A stretch of 64,000 bases of DNA from a virus: IMG/VR virus record IMGVR_UViG_3300047558_000238, positions 1 to 64,000 of that record, one strand, 5' to 3'. Within the stretch, counting starts at the first letter, position 1. Each line of letters opens with the position of its first letter. Positions 57,046-64,000 of the stretch are shown here, piece after piece. The notes below the pieces were generated by a model. It did not search any database. It saw nothing but the letters and a program-made list of their open reading frames with translations, and had not been told where the DNA came from. Made by a program: the position numbers and the translations under genes.

Positions 57046-58283
57046 TATCCTACTTCCGTACCTATATAGTTTACCGCTGCGCTAACCGACTGGTTGGTCA
57101 CAGAATATGACGATGCAACTGAAGAAAATCCTGGGTTTGCATAGCTAAATCCAGCGGTATTGTAATTAAATGATGGGGTAGTCACTTGTAGTGATGACGT
57201 GGCGTAGCTAAATCCTGAGTATGCTCCTAGCCCGGAGCCGTCGCCTTTTAATTTTGTAACGGCCGCTGTTCCCATTATTGCCACGGTACTATCTGGAGCA
57301 ACGTGCATTCTGAGCCAGCCCATGATAACGTTGAGCTTTCTAATGAACTGAATTGTTCCGCTACTGTTGAATTTAGCAAATCCGCCACCATAGTTTGGGT
57401 AGTCGGTATTGTTGTTGTCCTGATAAAAGCTTATATATACGTTTCCAGCACTATCTACTCCAGGAGTAGCATAGTCATTATAGCTATATACACCTGGAAT
57501 CTCTAGCTGCCTTGCCCACTGCATGGTGCCTGAGCTGTTGTACTTAACAATAAATGAGTGCCTTGTAGAGCCAGACATCCCGGAGACGTACACATTCCCG
57601 GAGGTATCTACAGTGCAGCCCATCCCCCACATTGTCTGTCCATCGGTTGGAGTTATGGTTCTTTGCCACTGAACTACGCCGTTACCTCCAGCATACGCTG
57701 TAACGTGAACTCCGGCTCCACCGCTATATGTTCCTGCTGCTACAGCAATCCCTGCGGATGCACTATAACCTATACCGTTATAGTAGCTACTTGGTGTAGT
57801 TAGGTACTGCGACCAAACCATATTTCCACTACTGTCTAGGCAAGATACGACAGGGTAGTCTGATCCACCAGTATTGTATTGTCCGCAGATGTATGTGGTT
57901 CCAATAGTGTTAGTTACGCTAGCTTGAGCAGAGCTTACAGTGGCATTTGTTGCTAGCTGCCTCTGCCACTGAATTACTCCATCAGAGTTATACTTAGCTG
58001 CAAAAAATGATCCAGAACCGGCAATATATACATTTTCTGAGCTATCTAGACTCAACCCTTGAGTATTGCTCGGGTTAATTCTTCTACCCCAGACAACTTC
58101 ACCATTTTTATTTAGCTTTATGGTTGTGCTGTATGTTTGGTAGTAGACATTTCCTAGTGCTCCAGTAGTTGCTACACCATACCCAGAGCCAGTTCCCTGG
58201 ACCACCCAGTAAAGTCCGAGTATGCGTTTTAGTCTGCCCCATGCGGCAGCTCCGCTATTCCCTAGAGTCTGTAGTAGTGGCAT
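57045..58283 (-). CDS. Beta-propeller repeat protein (putative adhesin)
   Basis: Repeated DS.GNVY..G / KYNS.G..QW.R blades. Confidence 0.8.
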   Translation of the reverse strand: MPLLQTLGNSGAAAWGRLKRILGLYWVVQGTGSGYGVATTGALGNVYYQTYSTTIKLNKNGEVVWGRRINPSNTQGLSLDSSENVYIAGSGSFFAAKYNSDGVIQWQRQLATNATVSSAQASVTNTIGTTYICGQYNTGGSDYPVVSCLDSSGNMVWSQYLTTPSSYYNGIGYSASAGIAVAAGTYSGGAGVHVTAYAGGNGVVQWQRTITPTDGQTMWGMGCTVDTSGNVYVSGMSGSTRHSFIVKYNSSGTMQWARQLEIPGVYSYNDYATPGVDSAGNVYISFYQDNNNTDYPNYGGGFAKFNSSGTIQFIRKLNVIMGWLRMHVAPDSTVAIMGTAAVTKLKGDGSGLGAYSGFSYATSSLQVTTPSFNYNTAGFSYANPGFSSVASSYSVTNQSVSAAVNYIGTEVG

Positions 58284-58291
58284 ATGTAATC

Positions 58292-61200
58292 CTACGCGAA
58301 CTTAGCTTGGCTAGCTAGAACAGTAAATGTGTTAGTAGCTGTCTTAATAATAGTGTAGGTGTACATGTCAATAGAGCTAGCGTTTCCGCTAGAAGGAGCA
58401 GTTCCACCTACCCATTTAGGGGTCACAGCCGTTCCATCGATTTGGTACGACGTTGGGTAGTATGGGGTAGTTCCGTTTGTAATCAGTAGTGCGCATGTCA
58501 CTGACTGATTTACTGACATAAATGCATCCAGGCTTGTGGCACCATCGTAATAGAAGTTAACTATTCCGTTGCCAGCTGCCGCTACAGTGTAGAACTGAAC
58601 TGCACCATCTACTAACTTAAATGCACCTCCAGCAAATCCAGTAGCTGTTGCATATACGCCTTCCTTGGTTTGTGAAGTCAGCACTGGGCTAATGAGTGTC
58701 TTATTAGATAGCGTCTGCGTTCCAGGAATTGTTACATATGTAGATGTGTCTGGAGCAGGGCCAGTTGCACCAGTAGGTCCAATTGGACCTTGAATACCTT
58801 GAACACCCTGAGGGCCTGCAGGGCCAGTGTCTCCAGTTGCACCAGTTAAACCCTGAACACCTTGAGCACCAGTTGCTCCAGTTGCTCCAGTTGGGCCGGT
58901 CGGGCCCATATCTCCGGCAACAGCTTCTGCCCAGAAGCCGTCGATATATGTGAGTAGAGTTCCAGTCGCGGTGTCGACCCATACGTCTCCTACGGAAGGC
59001 GATGTCGGGGCTACGTCTGAAACATAGAATTTACCGTCTGCACCTGTAGGACCAGTTGGTCCATCTAGTCCGTCGATACCGGCCGCGCCAGTAGGCCCAG
59101 TAGGGCCAGTTGCTCCTTGAACTCCAGTTGCACCAGTTGGACCTGTCGGACCAGTTGGGCCAATAGCACCAGCACTAATGGTTGTCCTAACGTTTGATGC
59201 CTTACCGTCTTCAAAATAGATGGTGGTAGTGCTATTAGAGTTTCCATATCCAGTAGGTCGGATTGCATAGTACTTAAAGACAAGTCTGTCAGTCAAATCA
59301 ATTGATGCTGCAACTGATCGTACATACTGATAAGAAATCTCTTCAATGGTAGTGTTGCTGTGCAGTTCAGAGTCTACAGTTGAAAGTAGAGTCTCGCTCC
59401 CTCCGCTAGGTCCGCACTTATAGACTTCAGTGCGGAACTTAACACTGCCAGAGTCTACAAGCATGTGTAGGGAGTTGACTCCGATTCCTGTTGGAATATT
59501 AGTCACACCAGGAACTCCGACTGGAGTGGCAAATGCTCCAATTAGGTATGGAGTATCTGCCAGAGATAGCTGAATAGTGTAGCTAGTAAGCGCATTTACT
59601 GAAGGGCTTTCACCTGCAATAAAGTATCCAGTTAGGTCAGAGGTATCAGTTCTATTTAGATAGAAAGTTCTACCAGCTGCACCACCCTGAGGTCCTGTCG
59701 GTCCAGTGGCACCAGTCGGTCCGGTCGGGCCAACTACCTGAGAGTTAGTCCAGACGCCAGTAGCCGAGTTATATCTAAGAACGTCACCATCAACTAGAGT
59801 GCTTAGATTTACATCGTGAAGCTCGTCTAGCTCTAGACCATTGGCTACCTTTACATAGATAGACCCGGTTGTGGCTGATTTACGGACTAGGACACCAACC
59901 ATAACCCCATGAGCTGGAGCTTCTGGCCGCTGAGTAGTCATGGTTCCAGCAGTTTCTGATAGCCAAAGGACTGCACCTTCGCTATAGTTACTAACTATTC
60001 CACCGAATCCAACATAGTTAGATGTATCTATGTCTCTAACTAGACCATTAAGGGTCACATATCCTTCACCAGCCACTGCAATATCTTCTGTAGCGATACC
60101 AACAGTAGCTGTAGACTGCAACTCGGTAGAGGCGTCTGCCAAAATAACTTCTGGTCTAGTGCCATTTGCGCCACTAAGAGCGACAACTGACCCATTGGTG
60201 ATAGTTGACCCGGTAGCGTTGTAGACCTTCATCACGAACTCTTGGCCAACCTGGAGGGTTACGTTGTTACCGCCAAGACGAAGGTTTAGCGTACCATCAG
60301 CCTCGTTCCAGGCTAGCTCGCCTGGATTCGAGACACCGTTAACATACGTGGTGTCAAATCCCAGCTTGTCTAGTCCAGAGATTGAAGTTATTTCGGTAAC
60401 AGCTCCGGATGGCATAGGCCCTGTTGCACCAGTTGCACCAGTTGGTCCAGTTGGTCCAGCAACAGTCGAAGCTGCACCAGTCGGTCCAGTCGCACCAGTC
60501 GGACCAGTTGGTCCAGTCGCACCATCAGCGCCAATGTATCCATCTGCACCCTGAGGACCAGTCGCTCCGGTTGGGCCAGTCGGACCTTCTACACCTTGAG
60601 CACCAGTTGGGCCAGTTGGGCCTACCGGTCCAACAGAACCAGTAGGACCAGTCGGACCATCTACACCCTGAATTCCAGGGACACCTTGAATACCAGCAAT
60701 ACCCTGAGCACCGGTAGGGCCTGTTGCTCCGGTAGGACCAGCCAAAGTGCCTGAGTCGACCCAGGATAGTGTTGTCTCTGACCAGATATATAGAACACCA
60801 CCAGCGATGCTTGCATCGCCTGGAGTTCCAGTAGGGTGCGCTGCAATGAGCTCTGCATAAGTGTTATGAGCGTCAATGATCTGAATACCTTGACCCTGCG
60901 CACCAGTTGGGCCTGTCGGACCCTGAGCTCCAGTTGCACCTGTCGGTCCAATATTCCCCTGAACACCCTGAGCACCAGTAGCACCCGTTGGTCCAGTAAC
61001 CCCTTGGGTTCCAGTTAGGCCTTGAGGCCCCTGAGCTCCCGTCGCACCAGTTGGACCGGCAATACCTTGAATACCTTGAGGACCTGTTGCACCAGTTGGG
61101 CCCTGGACACCTTGAGCGCCAGTTGCACCAGTTGGTCCAGTGACCATCGATGGGGCACCAGTCGGACCGGTTGGACCCTGAGCTCCTGTTGCACCAGTTG

Positions 61201-62623
61201 GACCAGTTACACCCTGAATTCCTTGGAATCCAGCCACGCCCTGAGGCCCCTGAGGGCCAGTAGGTCCAGTTGGTCCCTGTAAGTTTCCATTAGCTTCCCA
61301 GGCTAGGTTGTCCTGAGACCAGATGTAGATTGTACCGTTTACAACGTGCACGTCTCCGACGTTACCAATTGGGTGATCAGTGACAAGCTCTTGGTACGTA
61401 GCATAGGAGTCTAGAATAGTTAGGCTTTGACCCATTGGCCCTGTTGCACCAGTTGGTCCAGTTATACCTTGTACACCTGCGGCACCAGTTGCACCTGTAG
61501 GGCCTGTAGGGCCTTGAATACCCTGTAAACCAGTAAGACCCTGAGCTCCCTGGGCACCAGTTGCACCAGTTGCACCAGTTGCACCAGTAGCTCCAGTTGC
61601 ACCGGTTGGTCCAGCTGGACCCTGCGTACCTTGAGCACCAGTTGGGCCAGTAACACCTGCTGGTCCTTGAAGACCGCTTGCTCCAGTAGGGCCAGTTGGC
61701 CCTACGGAACCAGTTGCACCAGTGGCACCAGTTGCACCCTGAGTTCCAGTAAGACCCTGAGGGCCAGTTGCACCGGTAGCTCCAGTAGCACCTGTTGGCC
61801 CCTGGATACCCTGTGTACCAGTAGGGCCTGTTGCTCCGATGGGACCCGTTGCTCCAGTAGGGCCTTGAATGCCCTGTGCACCCTGAGCTCCAGTCGGTCC
61901 GGTTGCTCCAGTAAGACCTGCTGAACCAGTAGCACCTGTTGCACCAGTTGGTCCAGTAGCTCCAGCAGACCCTGCAATACCCTGAGGACCAGTAGCTCCA
62001 GTCGGACCAGTCGACCCGGTTAGTCCTTGAATACCTTGAGGACCAGTTGCACCTGTTGCTCCTGTTGCACCAGTTGGACCAGTTACACCCTGAATTCCTT
62101 GCTCGCCCTGAGGACCAGTAGCACCAGTTGCACCCTGAGTTCCAGTAAGACCCTGAGGGCCTGTAGCACCAGTAGGACCCTGAGGGCCAGTAGAACCAGT
62201 AGCTCCGGTTGGCCCTGCTTGCCCTTGAATACCTTGAATACCCTGCGCACCAGTAGGACCAGTTGCCCCTTGAGCTCCTGTTGCGCCAGTAGCTCCAGTA
62301 GCGCCCGTTGCACCAGTTGCACCAGCTGCACCAGTTGCACCTGGTGTTCCTTGAATACCAGTTAGACCCTGTGGTCCAGTTGGGCCCTGGATACCTTGAG
62401 GACCAGTTGCGCCAGTAGGGCCTGGAATAGTACTAGCTGCACCAGTAGCACCAGTTGCACCAGTTGCACCAGTTGCACCAGTTGCACCAGTAGGACCAGT
62501 AGATCCTGGAGCGCCTGTAGGGCCAGTTGGCCCTCCCGCAGGGCCAGCAGGGCCAGTAGGTCCAGCAGGGCCTTGAGCCCCTACGCCCTTAACTTCTAGA
62601 TACGCAAAGTCATCTGAAAACAT
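58292..62623 (-). CDS. Very long collagen-like fibre protein (1443 aa)
   Basis: Hundreds of GPT/GAT/GxQ triplets interrupted by small globular domains. Confidence 0.9.
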   Translation of the reverse strand: MFSDDFAYLEVKGVGAQGPAGPTGPAGPAGGPTGPTGAPGSTGPTGATGATGATGATGATGAASTIPGPTGATGPQGIQGPTGPQGLTGIQGTPGATGAAGATGATGATGATGATGAQGATGPTGAQGIQGIQGQAGPTGATGSTGPQGPTGATGPQGLTGTQGATGATGPQGEQGIQGVTGPTGATGATGATGPQGIQGLTGSTGPTGATGPQGIAGSAGATGPTGATGATGSAGLTGATGPTGAQGAQGIQGPTGATGPIGATGPTGTQGIQGPTGATGATGATGPQGLTGTQGATGATGATGSVGPTGPTGASGLQGPAGVTGPTGAQGTQGPAGPTGATGATGATGATGATGAQGAQGLTGLQGIQGPTGPTGATGAAGVQGITGPTGATGPMGQSLTILDSYATYQELVTDHPIGNVGDVHVVNGTIYIWSQDNLAWEANGNLQGPTGPTGPQGPQGVAGFQGIQGVTGPTGATGAQGPTGPTGAPSMVTGPTGATGAQGVQGPTGATGPQGIQGIAGPTGATGAQGPQGLTGTQGVTGPTGATGAQGVQGNIGPTGATGAQGPTGPTGAQGQGIQIIDAHNTYAELIAAHPTGTPGDASIAGGVLYIWSETTLSWVDSGTLAGPTGATGPTGAQGIAGIQGVPGIQGVDGPTGPTGSVGPVGPTGPTGAQGVEGPTGPTGATGPQGADGYIGADGATGPTGPTGATGPTGAASTVAGPTGPTGATGATGPMPSGAVTEITSISGLDKLGFDTTYVNGVSNPGELAWNEADGTLNLRLGGNNVTLQVGQEFVMKVYNATGSTITNGSVVALSGANGTRPEVILADASTELQSTATVGIATEDIAVAGEGYVTLNGLVRDIDTSNYVGFGGIVSNYSEGAVLWLSETAGTMTTQRPEAPAHGVMVGVLVRKSATTGSIYVKVANGLELDELHDVNLSTLVDGDVLRYNSATGVWTNSQVVGPTGPTGATGPTGPQGGAAGRTFYLNRTDTSDLTGYFIAGESPSVNALTSYTIQLSLADTPYLIGAFATPVGVPGVTNIPTGIGVNSLHMLVDSGSVKFRTEVYKCGPSGGSETLLSTVDSELHSNTTIEEISYQYVRSVAASIDLTDRLVFKYYAIRPTGYGNSNSTTTIYFEDGKASNVRTTISAGAIGPTGPTGPTGATGVQGATGPTGPTGAAGIDGLDGPTGPTGADGKFYVSDVAPTSPSVGDVWVDTATGTLLTYIDGFWAEAVAGDMGPTGPTGATGATGAQGVQGLTGATGDTGPAGPQGVQGIQGPIGPTGATGPAPDTSTYVTIPGTQTLSNKTLISPVLTSQTKEGVYATATGFAGGAFKLVDGAVQFYTVAAAGNGIVNFYYDGATSLDAFMSVNQSVTCALLITNGTTPYYPTSYQIDGTAVTPKWVGGTAPSSGNASSIDMYTYTIIKTATNTFTVLASQAKFA

Positions 62624-62982
62624 TAGTAAGTAATCTCCGCTCTAACGGTAAACTTTCCAGCAATAAATTTAGTAACGTCTCCGTCAGGGCTTTCAAGTTC
62701 TATATCATATGTGTAGATGCCAGCTGCTAGTGCCTCAGTTTGAGCTGGAGTAAGTAGAACTTCAACTTTTCCGGTGAGCGGCTCTATCACTAGACTTCTA
62801 GTTCCAGTAACTAGTGAGAGCGCAATCTCGGAGCTATTGGCTGAAGTTCTTATCTGCATTCGACCGGAGTACCCAGTCAAGTTGATAGGAGTCTTAGTAG
62901 ATGTCTTAAGAATTAAGACGCGATTCAGTGTAGCACCTTGATCGGCTATTATATCATAGTAATTGTTCGTTGCGCAATACAC
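62623..62982 (-). CDS. Small Ig-like fibre-anchoring protein (BppU N-terminal-like)
   Basis: DQGAT, INLTGY...MQIR, YTYDIE, G.F.V. Confidence 0.65.
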   Translation of the reverse strand: MYCATNNYYDIIADQGATLNRVLILKTSTKTPINLTGYSGRMQIRTSANSSEIALSLVTGTRSLVIEPLTGKVEVLLTPAQTEALAAGIYTYDIELESPDGDVTKFIAGKFTVRAEITY

Positions 62983-63038
62983 GGGAATCCTCTGGAGAAA
63001 AGGCTAGTCCTTTATATTTTACCGCAATAAGTGTTTTC

Positions 63039-63638
63039 CTAGTTGCTTAGCCTTTTAATCCAGAAAGCTGGCGACATGTATTTAACTCCTGAGACTACCG
63101 GAGTCGACCTGTGATAGTAGGGCTCTACAGATGGGAAGACCACAATACTTCCAGCTTCTGGCTTTATTTTTATATCGAACTCAGTGAAATGTAGCTCGCC
63201 GCCGTCCATATCGTCATTTAGGTAGATAACAGCTGACATTATTGGCTCTAAATGCGGCTCCCCGTGGTAGTCAACGTGAGGGCCCATCTCTGCTCCGCTA
63301 ATGTATTTAGAGATACTTATAGGCGCTGGGTCGATATAGTCTATGCCATTCTTTTTGGCATAATCTCTTCCCGCCTCGGTTAAAGCGGTTTTTAGATTTA
63401 GATATATTGACTTGACGCTATCAGAGCTGGTGCTTAGTTTAGATTCATCAGTAAATTTTTGCTGACCAAATACGTAAGGCTCTCCATCGCCAGAAGCCAA
63501 CCATTGATGCCATTTTTGTATAGCATCGTTGGTAGTCAGATTAGCATCTGTTGTCTCGATGAGCTCTATGATCTTTTCTGGGCTCTCTACAATACCCTTG
63601 TAGTAGTAAATTTTGTCAGCAAAAATCTCGGGGTTCAT
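63039..63638 (-). CDS. 2OG-Fe(II) oxygenase (prolyl-hydroxylase-like)
   Basis: HVD, YLNDD..GGEL.F, P.AGS...FP, H...PV.SG.KY; start at ATG 63638 (TAATG coupling). Confidence 0.9.
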   Translation of the reverse strand: MNPEIFADKIYYYKGIVESPEKIIELIETTDANLTTNDAIQKWHQWLASGDGEPYVFGQQKFTDESKLSTSSDSVKSIYLNLKTALTEAGRDYAKKNGIDYIDPAPISISKYISGAEMGPHVDYHGEPHLEPIMSAVIYLNDDMDGGELHFTEFDIKIKPEAGSIVVFPSVEPYYHRSTPVVSGVKYMSPAFWIKRLSN

Positions 63639-64000
63639 TAGGCGAACTTGTTGCCCTTCTCCCACTCTATTTTCTGCTCGGCCTGTGCCTTACGTACCTC
63701 TTGGATTTCGGCTTCCCAAGCTGCCTTTTTCTCATCAGAGTACACGGCATCGGCAAAGTCCCAGAAGGAGACCATGGTATATCTAGTTCCCTTTAGAATC
63801 TCTTTAACTCCGTGAATGTTTTCTATTCCGCCAGGGAAGCAGATGTACGAGTAGGCAGCTGGCTTAAACTCTAGGTTGTGGTCAGGAAAATAAAGCTCTC
63901 CACCCTCGTAATCGTCATTTAAGTACAAGATACCTACATACTTATTAATCTCAAAAGCGTTTGGCGAGCCGTCGAAGTCCGAGTTATCTGAGTGTGGCGC
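63638..64000 (-). CDS. 2OG-Fe(II) oxygenase, 5' end outside the window
   Basis: Frame open to the window edge: PHSD..YLNDDYEGGELYF..HGV..G.RY. Confidence 0.88.
   Translation of the reverse strand, partial: APHSDNSDFDGSPNAFEINKYVGILYLNDDYEGGELYFPDHNLEFKPAAYSYICFPGGIENIHGVKEILKGTRYTMVSFWDFADAVYSDEKKAAWEAEIQEVRKAQAEQKIEWEKGNKFA

Noticed and set aside
34297-58283. Diversity-generating retroelement targeting fibre genes
   Set aside because: No reverse transcriptase and no TR/VR repeat pair seen.
60030-62599. Many alternative-frame and antisense ORFs over the collagen gene
   Set aside because: Shadows of the stop-poor Gly-X-Y repeat.
1-64000. Stop-codon reassignment suggested by the many TAG trinucleotides
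   Set aside because: Core genes are intact in the standard code and TAG ends several genes; the TAGs mostly come from CTA-G codon junctions.

Overview
This window is most of a ~50% GC tailed dsDNA phage genome (siphovirus-type tail). WhiB, the capsid/protease layout and leaderless promoters point to an actinobacterial host. No integrase, repressor, tRNA, CRISPR or obvious endolysin was seen. Layout: non-coding left end; regulatory/accessory genes (two double-HTH paralogs, NlpC/P60, heme oxygenase); terminase, portal, Dps; an expanded ~12 kb head-accessory block; capsid, tail, tape measure, tail tip; replication block (PolA, RuvC-like, SNF2 helicase, Cas4-like, AAA ATPase, SSB, WhiB, primase-helicase); a minus-strand fibre module (collagen-like proteins, beta-propeller, 2OG-Fe(II) oxygenases). 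Main discovery candidate: three in-frame -1 slippery heptamers, each followed after 5-6 nt by a hairpin. One (CCCAAAA, 11719) would fuse a 944-aa head protein to a peptidase/kinase/ADP-ribosyltransferase-like effector (1946 aa total). The same heptamer at 20088 would instead truncate the protease protein. The third is the tail chaperone shift. Other highlights: a shared QPRDxxG motif and a recurring putative protease-cleavage motif in head proteins, a heme oxygenase + Dps pair among late genes, and a Cys-rich hairpin with matched repeats in both arms. All calls come from motif reading, not database searches.
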